Assembly (NCBI GenBank): GCA_951406725.2
Contig: OX597840.1
Coordinates: 16,740,001 to 16,804,000 of the forward strand
DNA: 64,000 nucleotides
Direction of reading: 5' to 3'
From: Octopus vulgaris
Lineage: Eukaryota
The notes beneath the pieces were generated by a model. That model searched no databases, was not told the DNA's origin, and worked only from the letters and a program-made list of their open reading frames with translations. Position 1 is the stretch's first letter, and each line of letters begins with the position of its first letter. Made by a program: the position numbers and the translations under genes. This document shows, one piece after another, positions 38,044 through 52,278 of the stretch.

Positions 38044-38510
38044 CATGTGTGTGTCCCACCAACATCGCTTGACAACCGATGGTGGTGTGTTTACGTCCCC
38101 GTAACTTAGCGGTTTGGCAAAAGGAACCGATAAAAAAAGTACCAGGCTTACAATGAATAAGTCCTGGGGTCGATTTGCTCGACTAAAGGCAGTGCTTCAG
38201 CATAGCCACAGTCAAATGACTGAAACAAGTAAAAGAGTATATCTATATCTATCTATATCTATATATCTATATATATACAACGGCAACGGGCTTCCCGGTC
38301 AAGTGCGTGCAATGGGACTGAACGCAGAACTACATGGTTTGAAGAACAAGCTTCGTAACCACATAGTAATACCTACATATAGATGTATGTATATGTGTAT
38401 GTCTATATATATTTTATCATCAGCTTGTTTCAGTCATTAGACTGCGGCTATGCATACATAATACATACATACACACACATGCACACACACAAATACGTGT
38501 AGTAAGAATA

Positions 38511-38647
38511 GGCACAAGAGTGGCTGTGTGGTAAGAAGCTTGCTTTCCAACCATGGTTCTGGGTTCAGTCCCACTTCTACTATAACCTCGAGCAGACCAA
38601 AACCATGTGAGTATATTTGGTAGACAGAAACTGAAAGAAGCCCGTTT

Positions 38648-38686
<39 letters not shown>

Positions 38687-38889
38687 ATATATACATGTGA
38701 ATTTGTGTGTCTGTGTTTGTGCCCCCACCATCGCTTGACAACCGATGTTGTTTACGTCCCCGTAACTAAGCGATTCGGCAAAAGAGACCGATAGAATAGG
38801 TACCGGGCTTACAAAGAATAAGTCCTGGGGTCGATTTGTTCGACTAAAGGCAGAGCTCCAGCATGACCGCAGTCAAATGACTGAAACAA
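38511..38889 (+). mobile_element. SINE family A, near full length
   Basis: Head, internal microsatellite and tail CAGCATGACCGCAGTCAAATGACTGAAACAA. Confidence 0.9.
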
Positions 38890-39311
38890 CACAATATATA
38901 ACATGTATATACACGTGTGTATGCGTGTTTTTGTGTGAATGCGTTGTGTGTGTTTGTGTGCGGATGTGTGTGTGTGTGTCTATATGCGTGTATACATATA
39001 TACAATTCTCTAAATATTCATTCATTTCCATTTGTAAATTCATTCCCTCATTCATTTATTCTTTCGTTCCTTCAGTCGTCTGATTTGTTCATTATATTTC
39101 CTCATTCGTTCAGGTGGTCAATACTCCTGTTCACGTGTTCGCTTATTGTTGATATATTTCTATTCGTTTAGCTTTTCTTCCATTTATATATTCATCTGTT
39201 AGCTTATTCCTTCATTCTCTCATTCTTCTTTTTTCTATTGCTCAAAATCGAGGATCCTATCGTCTTTTTCATATCATTTTTGTTTCTCACTCTTTTCTGC
39301 AACCTGTCCAC

Positions 39312-39343
<32 letters not shown>

Positions 39344-39417
39344 TTGTCTGTCTGTCTATCTATCCATCCATCCATCCATCCATCCATCCATCCATTCATC
39401 TATCTATCAATCAATCA

Positions 39418-39494
<77 letters not shown>

Positions 39495-39615
39495 ACTTTT
39501 TGTCTGTTTGTCTGTCTGTGTGTCTCTGTGTCTGTCTATCTGATGTCTGCTTGTTTCACCTCTCTCTCTCCTTCTCTCCCTCCTCTCTCTCTTTCTCTCT
39601 CTCTTCTCTTTCTCC

Positions 39616-39670
<55 letters not shown>

Positions 39671-40565
39671 CCTCGCTAATTACCTCACCCCTGACAACCT
39701 AGCGCCTCCTGTCTCTCCTTCTTTCTTTCTCTCCCTCTCTCTCCGTCCCGCCCTTTTTATTTCTCAATTTCTCCCCTCTTTCTTTCTTTCTCTGTCTCAC
39801 TCCGTCTCACTCTCTTATTCTCTCTCTCTCTCTACCTACCTACCTACCTACCTACCCACCTGCCTACCTCACTGACTCTGTCTTTCGCTTTCTCTTTCTC
39901 CCTCTTATAGGTCAGCTGTGACAATGGAAACATCTCATCTACAACACTACCACAACAAAAGAAAAAAGCTCCCCAGATACTTCTTTTAATAAAATAATCT
40001 CCATTCCCCCACTCCCCCCCAAAAAGGGCCCAGGTTCCTGGAGGAGTAATTATCATACTTCACTGAGTAAAGCGCAACAAGTGAAACCAAAAGCTCAGTC
40101 TTCGGTGACATGTCAGTTTAATGTTATATACATGTGTGTATGTGTGCGTGCGTGCATGTGAGTGTGAATGTTTGAGTGTGTTTGTGTGTGTGTGTGTATG
40201 TGTGTGTGAGTGCTTGCGTGTGTGTGCTTGCATGTGTGTGCTTGCGTATGTGCGTGTGCCTGTCCGAGCATGTGTGTGTACACACGTAAAGAGAAGGGAA
40301 AATGAGAAAGAGATGTGAAGCGTGTGCCTATGTTTTTGTTTACATCGCTATAAAAGCCGGTGCTGTTATCTATGTTGCCATTCATTGTCTTGTAACTTAG
40401 CGGTTCAACAATAATTGATCGATAAATTAAGTGTCATATTAAGATAAGTACTTGGTATGTCTGTCTGTCTGTCTATCTATTTGTCTGTCTCTCTATTTGT
40501 ATCTACCTGTCCACCGTTCTGTGTGTATACATGCATGAGTGTATATATACATATGTATGTAAAGT

Positions 40566-40612
<47 letters not shown>

Positions 40613-41677
40613 TGCATACACTGCTCCCATCTTTATTTCTTATTTCCTTCTCTCTCCCTTTTACTCCATAACAAGCACAAACTCTCCCTCTCACTCCTCC
40701 ACTCCAAATATACGTTACGCTTCCTCCTACTCCTCCACCTCGCTTACAATTTATAATCCTCTCACTTCTCCCTCGCCCGGAGTGTTCCTCCACCTCCACA
40801 TCTTCATCCTCATCCTTTCAATCTCCCTCCCCTTCCTTCCATTTTATTTTCACCTCCACCTTTCTCTTCTTTTTCTACTCTCTCTCACACTCAGTCCATT
40901 CTCGTTTGCTTATGCTTACTTGCCGCCCGCCAATTTCACACCTCACACACCCTCTTTTCCTTTCACTTACTTACTCTACCTCTCTCTCTCTCTCCGTCTC
41001 ACACTCACTCTTCCTCTCTCTGTCTATCTCACCCTTTCTCCCTATTTCCATTTAGTTCTCCCTTATTTTCGCTTCCTATCTATTATTCACTCTCTCTTTC
41101 TGTAACTCTTTCTCCATTCTCTCTTCTCTCCGTCTTTCTCTGATTTTCTCAGTTTTCGTAGAAACCAAGCAGACGATACACACAACACATATATACACAC
41201 ATATACATACACTCATATATACACATATATATATTTATATATACCCATATAAACACATATATACACACACATATATACACATATATATACATACATATAT
41301 ACTTATACACATATATATACACATATATATGAGTGTTTTTGTATGTATATATATGTGTATATATACCAATACATAAGACAGGTGTATATATACACACACA
41401 TATATATATCTATATATGTCTATACATATGCTATATATTTACCTGGATACATAGAGTGTATATCATTCCCTAAACAGCCGGACTTTTCGTACATGACGCG
41501 ATCAACGTAGAACATAAACAAAGATCATCGGGCAAAATGGGAGTTTCCACGTAAGTAGGACCGAGCTATTCAACACACGGCATTTTGGGTGTCGGTTCTT
41601 GTTTTGATGTTGTTAATAATGTGTTCGTTTGTGTGAGTGTCTTGATGCTATTGCAGGTGTGTACATATATATATATG

Positions 41678-41823
<146 letters not shown>

Positions 41824-41928
41824 CATATATATACATATATGTATATATATATATATATATATACATATATGTATACACATATATATATGATATATACATA
41901 TATATATATACATATATGTATACACATA

Positions 41929-41998
<70 letters not shown>

Positions 41999-42647
41999 AC
42001 ATATATGTATACACACATATATATATACATATATATATATATGAATTCATATACATGTGTATAAACATATATCTATAACTATATATCTATATCTATCTAT
42101 CTACCTCTTTATATTTATATGCATATATATACACACACTCACCTTTATATACACACACAAGAACATACTCACATTTATATACATACACACACACACACAC
42201 ACACACACATACACACATACATACACACACATATATATATATACACACATGCACATTTATATATATATATATACATGCGCACATTTATATATCTATATCT
42301 GTATATGATTATATGTATGTATGTATAAAGATAGAGTTTTGTAAAGAAAAGTTTCAGCTCTTCATATAAGCGTGCATATATAAGTGTATAGGTACATACA
42401 CATATATTTTTGCATATACATACATGTATACCTATGTCCACACTCAAACACACATATATTCATATCTGTAAAAATGCACCCATGTCTCTGTATGCATATA
42501 TATGTACGTAGGTCTGAATGCATGTATATACATGTAATATCATATATATATATATATATATACATTATATTATAATATATTTTATATATATGTGTATATA
42601 TATATATGTATGTATGTTTGTATGTATGTATATATATATATACATAC

Positions 42648-42678
<31 letters not shown>

Positions 42679-43573
42679 CACATAAACATTCACCTATGGA
42701 TATGCATGTATGAAGGCAATGTATTTGAGAAAAATGTAAAACTGAGTCATACCTTAGGTTGTAATAAAGCTATTGTATGTTCATATATACGTGCATATAC
42801 ATACATACACGCATTCATATATAAAGCACATATATATATATATATATATATACCTCGATATACAAATACACACATACACAGGCACACACACATACTGACA
42901 CAAAAACACACAAATACAGTCATCGGTATATATACATTTTACTGTCTAGTATCTACTCCATCGATTTTTTTTTGTGTGTCGGACAGCTAAGTTAAGAAGC
43001 ACAGAAAGGTACTTGACATAAACACACGCACTTGATCCAGCAACCAACACACACACACAAGCACGCACGCATACAAACATGCACAGATATATACATACAT
43101 ACATACATACATACATATACATATATAAATACTAACACTCATACGGACATATAATTGCGTGAGCCATCATCATCATCGCCATCAACATTAACACTGATTT
43201 CTTTATTAGATATCAACTTCTTCCACGTTGGTTTGGTTTGCTGTTGTATACATACATGTGCCTCGCAATCACAATTCTATATACATGTGCATACATGCAT
43301 ATGCATATATATACATATATATATATGTATATATATGACGGGCTTCTTTCAGTTTCCGCTGGCCAAATCCACTCAAAAGGCTTTTGGTCGGCCCTAGGCT
43401 ATAGTAGAAGACGCCCAGTGGGTCTGAACCAAGAACAATGTGCTTGGTAAGCAAGCTACTTACCACACAGCCACTCCTGCACCTATATATATATTTGACT
43501 ATTTATTAAAATTTTATGTATTGATTAAGTCTTTCCTTGTTTGTTTTGCAAAATAGTGGTTTTGTCTCTAATA

Positions 43574-43706
<133 letters not shown>

Positions 43707-43789
43707 GTACATATATACATATGTATATACATACATACACGTACATATATACATACATGCATACATACATACATACATACATACATACA

Positions 43790-43825
<36 letters not shown>

Positions 43826-44072
43826 TATATATATGTATGCATGTATGTATGTATTAATGTCTTGCATTTCCTTTTGGAATGTATACTTGCCAATGATATA
43901 TAAATGAATGCACATAACATACAAGTATTTAATATAAATCTTTTTATGAAAGAAAACTCAAAGGGTGTATATACAGTGCACCCCTATTATATCTGCCCCA
44001 TTCCTGTCATGTAGCTTTGATTTATAATATCGCATGCTCTAGCGGACACACACACACACAAACGCACACGCA

Positions 44073-44116
<44 letters not shown>

Positions 44117-44338
44117 CGTGTGTCTGTACATTGTGTGTGTGCGTGTGTCTGTGTGTGTGTGTGTGTGCGTGAAATGACAAAAACCTGTTGGTGCGTGTGC
44201 GTATGTTATATACATATATATATATATATATAGTCATCTTTCTCTCTGTCCCTCTCCCTACATGCCCCTCTCTGTCTGTATATACTTATATGTGCATGCA
44301 TGCATGGTCGGTGCATATATCAGTTCATGCATGGACAT

Positions 44339-44379
<41 letters not shown>

Positions 44380-44424
44380 TCTCTGTCTCTGTCTTTCTCT
44401 CCCTCTCTGTGTGTGTGTGTATAT

Positions 44425-44496
<72 letters not shown>

Positions 44497-45721
44497 ATAA
44501 ATTATTGTCATTTCCTAAGCTCTACATATACATACATTAGTGTATGCAAGCTTGATGAAGGCAGAGACTCTAAGAACCACATTAGTCATTTCAACATCCC
44601 CACCTCCTCCCACCCGGTGTCTTTTTTTCCTTCAACCGATCGCTCTTTGTCGCCTGTCTTTCTATCTTTCTATCTATCAATCTATCGATCGATCTCTTTT
44701 AGCTTACCTAGCTGCGTACCTAACAATTTAAGTATCATGTGCTTATCGTTTAGCTCCATGCACACTCCGGCCCCCCAGACCTATACTCAAAGAGACAACC
44801 CTATTATGACCATCCTGTTCTTTATCTTGAAACTATCATATACTAAATTATCCAATGTATTTTTCATTTAAGAACAAGAGGGTGTGGTTTTAAGATCTGG
44901 TTACTGTTTCTAGCAGACGGTGTAACCATGTAGGAGCTTGCTTAAGTATCTTATCTGGACGTACATTTATCAATGTCTGTCTGTCTCTCTGTCTCAATGT
45001 ATGTATATGGATGGGTGGATGGGTGGATGGAGTGATAGAGGGAGGCAGAGAAGAAGAGATACACGTATGCTTATATGTGCGAACGTATGCATGTATATGT
45101 TTGTATGTATATATGTGAATATGCATATATGTAAAATATGTATGTGTATGCGCCTATAGGATTATGTGCATTCATGCGCGTGTGTAGTTCGTATATATAT
45201 ATTTATATATCCTTCTCACTCCTTCTCTCTCACTAAGTCTCTCCTCTATGCATATATACGTGTATGTCTGTCACAGTGTTTGCACGGGGTGGGCAGATAT
45301 GGCTGTGTGGTTAAGAAGTTCGCTTCACAACAAAGTGGTTTCAGGTTCAATTTCACTGCACGGCACCTTGCGCCAATGCCTTCCACTATAGCCCCGTGTT
45401 GACCAAAGCCTTTTAAGGGCATTTGGTAGGAGCCCATCCAATGTGTGTGTGCATATGTGTACGTGTGTGAGTATACACATATATATATCACTAAATATAT
45501 ATACACACACAAAGATACATACATCCATACATATGTACATACACACACGCACACACACGCACGCACACACACATACATACATACATTTGCTTCCCAACCA
45601 CATGGTACCAGGTTCAATTCCACTGCGTGGCATCTTGGGCAAGTGTCTTCATGTACAGCCTTGGGCTGAATAAAGCCTTGTGAGTAGATTTAGTAGGCGG
45701 AAACTGAAAGAAGGCCCATGG

Positions 45722-45774
<53 letters not shown>

Positions 45775-45877
45775 ATACATGTATGTATGTGTGTCTTTGT
45801 GTTTAAGTGGCGTTTTCATAGTGCTTTGATATGAATCTTACCATTTAACGAGTATCTACGAAAATTTGAGCGCATAC

Positions 45878-46035
45878 GTACATGCTATACGTACCCTATA
45901 TGTATCTAGAAACAGGGTACATACATATACGCTATATGCACCCTCTATATACTGAGAAATAAGGTACATAGATACATACTATATGTACCCTATATGTACC
46001 TAGAAACAGGGGATATATATAAATGCTATAAGCAC
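45878..46035. repeat. short minisatellite (unit about 45-48 bp, about 3 copies)
   Basis: CTATATGTACCCTATATGTACCTAGAAACAGGG variants in tandem. Confidence 0.7.
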
Positions 46036-46329
46036 CTTTGTTCAGTTATAAGCCTGTTACGTGTAATGTTATGTGTTGTTTTAAAACAGCAGCAAGGAGA
46101 TGAGAAGGGGTCAGATAGAATATTTTGTGGTATTTTATTGTCAGTTCTTGAGTTCAAATTCCATCCAAGTCGATCAATACAGCTACGGTTTGGTGGGAGA
46201 TTCGGTTCCACCCACACCTGGACAGGAATGGCCTCTGCCAGGTGCAAGGTGACCAAGACACATTGTATGTCATGACGATGCGTTTATGGTTCTGATAGCA
46301 GGTGAGGGCCCAACGGAGGATACACACAC

Positions 46330-46392
<63 letters not shown>

Positions 46393-47639
46393 CTTTCTAT
46401 GAAGAATCTTAGTTGAAAGAATCGAATCAGTACTTATTTTTCTTTAAAGCCCTGTTACTTATTTTATCGGTTTCTTTTGAGAAACCCCTATGTTACGGGG
46501 ACGTAAACACACCAACACGGTTGTCAAGAGGTAATGGGACACACACGTACGCACGCACACGCACGCGCGCCTGTGTGCGTATACAAAGGACTGCTTTCAG
46601 TTTCAGTCTACCAAATCGACTCATGAGGCTTTGGTTGGACTGAGGGCTATAGCAGGAGACACTCGCCGAATGTGCCACGTAGTGGGATTGAACACGGAAC
46701 CATGTGGTTGGGAAGCAAACGTTATATTCCATAGCCACGCGTGGGGGAGGAGGATCTCCGTCGTTCGACCATGAGTATTTACTCGCTCGATCAACCAAAT
46801 TGTTGTGTAAGTGGTTGAGTATTCCACAGGCACCTTATGAAAATTATGTACACCCTTAACATAATTCTCAAGCAGAATCAATGTAGCACATTGTGGGAGA
46901 AGCCTGTGGGCTAACCGTCACCAAGTCTGGCTGCATACTGCACCTTGACTGTATAATCTGGGGCTTCAGTTGTTGCCCCAACCGCATTTTCATATTTCAT
47001 GATTTTTGACCCATCCTGTCACCTTTTGACTTAAAGATACATTTTACTCGGCAATAATCTATACACTTTCCGTCAACCCAAATTCACACACAAGGTATGG
47101 GTTAACCCGAGGCTATAGAAAATTACATTTGCCCAAGATGCTATGCAATGAAATCGAACCCGGGACATTGTGGTTGGGAAGTGAACTTCCTAGCCATTCG
47201 GACATACTGTCCTGGTATTTATCTTTCTGTAGTTCACGGCCTGCATCCCTGCGTATTTTTGCTACCAATACCTGGTTTCAATTCCGTTACCATTTTGGCT
47301 GTCCACCAGCCAAACGGTAAGTGGCGGAATTCGAACCTAGATCGCAAAAGGATGTTACAATATTTAACAATTGCCATAAACCAGAGACCTTAACAACCAC
47401 TTCTTTTTTAATCAGCTCTCAAAAGGATTGGAATTTACATCGTGGATGGTCAGATCAAATACTGGGATATAGTCTAACCGCTGCTCAAACTATTCTGTCA
47501 AATCGTTATATGGTTATACCTGGCGATTATTAAGTATACATTGTCGCATGGGAATAAGGAGGTGAGAATAAGGAGAGAATAAGAGGAGACGTACGAAATA
47601 GATCAATTTGAAGGTGTAACTAACTACAGTTTTGATCGC

Positions 47640-48190
47640 CTTCTCATGTTTTTCTGCCATATTCCCGAATGAACCATCTTGTTACCCGCCTTCCACTTCT
47701 TGCAAACCTTTCTGAGGCCACTACCAGCCATATTGGATTTACCCACAAGCCGCCTACCTCTTTTAAAACGACTGTACACTGCATTTCGCATGCATCATGC
47801 AGTTTCCACAACCCTTCGTATTTAAGGTCCACCCTTTCATGTGCCCATTCTATTTTGCCTTCTCGAGGCACCGTCAACTGAAAAGAATTAGGATGTTGTT
47901 TTGTCAATTCAGACCACACCATAATTTCAGGGAATTTCTTCGTTATCGCAATATAGTTTCGAAATACGAATGCTTCCTTCGAATTCACTTACATCTTCCA
48001 GATTTCAGCATCTTTCAGAAATCTGGATCTCGGCTTTCTTTCGTTTGCACTCAAGCACTGTCCGTTTTGCGCTAACCTTGAGAAAAACCACATGCTGCAA
48101 CTTGGTGTTGAAACTGTTTGCATCGTTGTTACTATATTTCTGCTTTGGTGCACCAACAAGGAGGCAGCAAAGACTTGGTTAAACTGCTAG
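47640..48190 (-). pseudogene. HERO/R2-group non-LTR retrotransposon restriction-like endonuclease relic
   Basis: PEIMVWSELTKQ...QLTVPREGKIEWAHERVDLKYEGL...EVG matches the PDIVLWS..K....ELTVPWE..IE.AHERK..KY..L...EVG pattern. Confidence 0.8.
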
Positions 48191-48288
48191 GCGCCCTCTG
48201 CAAGGAATGGCCTGTATCTAGCTAGATCATGCCCCTGTTTAACTATCTGTTTGTTAGTCTGTCATCCTGCACTTATGTCTGTTTGGCC

Positions 48289-48601
48289 GTGAAGGCGCGT
48301 GGTTTAATGGTTACTTGCGATCGTAAGGTAGTGAGGTCGATCCTCAGCAGTTTGTTGTGTCCTTGAGTAAGACACTCTATTTCGCGTTGCTCCAGTCCAT
48401 TCAACCGACAAAAATTAGTAGTATCTGTATTTCAAAGGGTCAGTCTTGTCATATTCTGTGTCACACTGAATCTCCTTGAGAATTACGGTAAGGGTACGCG
48501 TGTCTGTGGAGTCCTCAGCCACTTGCACGCTAATTACACGAGCAGGCTGTCCATTGATCAGATCAAGTGGAACCCTCCTCGTCGTAACCGACGGAATGCC
48601 A
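48289..48601 (+). mobile_element. tRNA-derived SINE family D (degenerate)
   Basis: GGCGCGTGGTTTAATGG head, GTGTCCTTGAGTAAGACAC central motif, tail partly repeated at about 46755-46880 (-). Confidence 0.65.
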
Positions 48602-49107
48602 GGGTTTTCAATGTCTGTTAGCATGTTGTTGCTTTAGTTATCTAATCAGAATGAAGAGAGACTGGGAACTACCTCCATTCATTCAATACACCTCAGTTGC
48701 TTCTGGGGTGCACATCTGCTTCTTCTGTTGCAGATATTGTTGCTGTTATTTAGCCCCTAGTCCCATCCCTACCCAAGAAACTCGTTGTCACAATACACTT
48801 GCTGTTGTTTGTTTTACACCAACCATCCAAGCCGTGACTTTCTCAACTTTACTTACATCTAGGAGTGAGTTATCCAGTGTGGTTACTTTGATGTTTTCAA
48901 AGAAAAGCAATATGGTGCTGTGATTAGGGTGAGAAATCGATTGCTATTTCTAGCAGGTGGAGTGTTCCCCTCGAAGCTCTGAGATGCCTTGATGATGTAA
49001 ACACAAAGTTGCCATGCGCAACCAGGAATGATTTGTATGGATGATTTGCGTTCAAGAGTACAAGTGATCGCCACCTCTTGGACAAACAAACAAGAGCACA
49101 CATACAC

Positions 49108-49156
<49 letters not shown>

Positions 49157-49396
49157 TTGACTTCCCATTTGTTTTATGTTCGCATTACGTGTGTGCGGAT
49201 CTATATGTATGTATGTGTATACATATATATTATATATATATTATATTGGTTGTGTAGTAAAAAACTTGCTTCCCAACCACATAGTTCTTGGTTCAGTTCC
49301 ATTGCGTGGCAACTTGGACAAGTGTCTTCTATTATGGCCTCGGGCTGACCAGAGCTTTGAGAATTGATTCGGTAGACGGGAAATGAAAGAAGCTCG

Positions 49397-49457
<61 letters not shown>

Positions 49458-50142
49458 ATGTACATCTTTGTATCAGTGTTTGTCCCCCCACCACTGCATG
49501 GCAGTCGGTGTTGGTGTGTTTGCGTTCCGATAATAGTTCGATAAAAGAATAGATCGATAGAATAAGTACGAAGTTTAAAAAAGAAGTACTGGGGTCGATT
49601 TATTCGACTATAAATTCAAAGTGGTGCCCCAACATGGCCGCAATCTAATGATTGAGTCAGGCAAAAGTTTATATATATATATACATATACTTTTTTACTA
49701 TTTTACTGGTTTCAGACAGAGGCGGGCCCATGCCGAAGCACGCCTTTCAGTGTTTTGGGGTCTCCTTTCGGTACTGTTTTTAGTGAAGAAGCGAGCTGGA
49801 CGAAGATGTTCTTCTTTGTGCCTCTTGCCGCGATGTGGGTTCCTCTGGGATTTCAGATTTAAATTTGCCCAGGTGCATTTTAAGCGTTTCCACACTTACA
49901 TCTTGCATATATCGTAGCTTCCTTGGAAGGATGTTAAACATTTGTGATTCCCTGAAACCCAAGCTGTTGTTATACTCGGCCTTTATCTGAGATGAAGAAG
50001 ACGGTATCTTTGGCATTATGCAATGCCGTCTAGTTCGGTGATTGGTTCAGCTTTTAATTCCAATGTTGGGAGCTCGACCTTCCAGGATCTTTCATATATA
50101 TATATGTATATATATATATTTGTAAATGTAATATGTAGCCAA

Positions 50143-50203
50143 GATAAAAGTCCGAGTTTCAGATGCCGAGGTGGAAATCCACGCCACCATCTCTTCAGTT
50201 ATC
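50143..50203 (-). ncRNA. type I hammerhead ribozyme (same family as 36225-36285)
   Basis: GAUAA-CUGAAGA-GAUG...CAUC-U-GAA-ACUCGGACU-U-UUAUC; followed by the module terminus in the opposite orientation (50230-50261). Confidence 0.75.
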
Positions 50204-50280
50204 CGTCCATCGGAAAAACGCTATGAAAAATCTTTTTGTTATCTTACCGTTTTTTATCAATGTATATATATATATATGTA

Positions 50281-50333
<53 letters not shown>

Positions 50334-50400
50334 TTTCGGTGCGAATGTTTTTTTTATACGGAGCCGTTTTCATATAAGTTTTAAGCTTATATAAAAGTAC

Positions 50401-50793
50401 GGCTGTGTGGTAAGTAGCTTGCTTACCAACCACATGGTTCCGGGTTCATTCCCACAGCGTGGCACCTTGGGTAAGTGTCTTCCACTATAGCCTCGGGCCG
50501 ACCAAAGTCTTGTGAGTGGATTTGGTAGACGGAAACTGAAAGAAGCCCGTCGTATATATGTATATTTATATGTATGTGTGTGTATATGTTTCTGTGTCTG
50601 TGTTTCCCTCCCCCTCCCCCAACATCGCTTGAAAACTGATGCTGGTGTGTTTACGTCCCCGTAACTTAGCGGTTCGGCAAAAGAGACTGATAGAATAAGT
50701 ACTAGGCTTACAAAGAATAAGTCCTGGGTCGATTTGCTTGACTAAAAGCATAAAAGCATGGCCGCCGTCAGATGACTGAAACAAGTAAAAAGA
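50401..50793 (+). mobile_element. SINE family A, full-length copy
   Basis: Includes the CORE-like GGCACCTTGGGTAAGTGTCTT segment and the complete tail. Confidence 0.92.
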
Positions 50794-50805
50794 GAAGAAG
50801 AGTGA

Positions 50806-50862
<57 letters not shown>

Positions 50863-50961
50863 TAATCCAAACATGAAAACACAAAGAGAAAATACAACAA
50901 CGCGAGGACGTGGAACAAGTGTTGTGTTATTGGACGCTCAGGAAAGAAGGAACGAAGGAGG

Positions 50962-50996
50962 GTTTAACGTTTCGAGCGGAGCTGATCGTCAGAAAC
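50962..50996 (-). ncRNA. minimal hammerhead ribozyme (family of 8958-8992)
   Basis: GUUU-CUGACGA-U-CAGC(UCC)GCUC-GAAACGUU-AAAC; first stem II pair mismatched; module 50859-51050. Confidence 0.65.
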
Positions 50997-51317
50997 ATAG
51001 GAAAAGTAAAGAGCCAAAGAAGGGAAAACGGAGGGGAAAAATCGCTGCATACTTTTCTTAGTTCTTGCAGCCTCCCCAGTAGCTCATCTGTTTCTTTGTG
51101 TAGTGGTGCTAGATTGCCTCAAGTTCTGCCTCTAGATTGATTCTCTACGGCGTCCACAATTGGGAGCAGTAATCCAAGCGACCGAGGACATTTGTCCTCC
51201 ATAGGAATAGCAAGCTATCCTTATTTCTGGTTCTGAATGATCTAAGGATCCATGCAGCTACTCGCCTGCACAGTGTTGTTGCCATCCTAGCAATACGCAC
51301 GTGGAGTGTTGCATCGC

Positions 51318-51360
<43 letters not shown>

Positions 51361-51849
51361 TACACACACACACACATATGCAAACATATATACATAAAAA
51401 CACACACAGACACACTCATATATGCATATATAAATACATACATACACACACAAGCTAGCTCATAGATATGCATTCACACTCAAAAACATCGATATATGTA
51501 AATAGAAATGTATAATGACTACGCCTTGCGTGTATGTAACGTTGCATTCGTGAATATAATATACACAACGTTACGGGTGTGTTTATAAACGTATATATAT
51601 GCGTGTGCACTTGTCCATTCCGTCTATGTATATACGAATACATATGTATATGTGTGTGTGTGTGTATGTGCATATGCTAATATATATGTGCGTGTGTGTG
51701 CATGTGTGTGCGTGTGTCTGTGTGTCTGGTGGAACATACTGTAGATTGTTCTTTGTACACAAATACTTCCATCAATATTTATGTTTATTCCTATCTACAT
51801 ATTTGCACAAAAGTGTATATATCAATATATGTATCTAATGCGTGTAAAG

Positions 51850-51889
<40 letters not shown>

Positions 51890-52164
51890 AGGAGAGAGAG
51901 AAAAGGGTAAAAGTGTGGGCTTATACGCATATAGATACACACACTGATGTATATATACATACATATATACCCACCCACACACACACACACATATGTATAT
52001 AATATATAATATATATATATATATATGTGTATATTTTAAGGGCTAAGAACCACTATATGGACAGCCTTTTAAATTGATATTAATTAAATTAATATTCAAT
52101 TTATTTCCCGGTGAAGGCCGGTTTATGGGGTTACCCTGGGTTTCCCGTCCATAAAGGGTTTAAC

Positions 52165-52198
<34 letters not shown>

Positions 52199-52230
52199 CG
52201 TGTATCTGTGTAGTATGCATGTATACATCC

Positions 52231-52278
<48 letters not shown>

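Larger units (their letters stand above)
49778..51320 (-). mobile_element. CR1-type LINE 3' relic split by nested insertions
   Basis: 51050-51320: AWILRSFRTRNKDSLLFLWRTNVLGRLDYCSQLWTP. 49780-50090: NSLGFRESQMFNILP...IPEEPT...SSLL. Interrupted by (TA)n, two HHR modules and a family A SINE. Confidence 0.8.
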
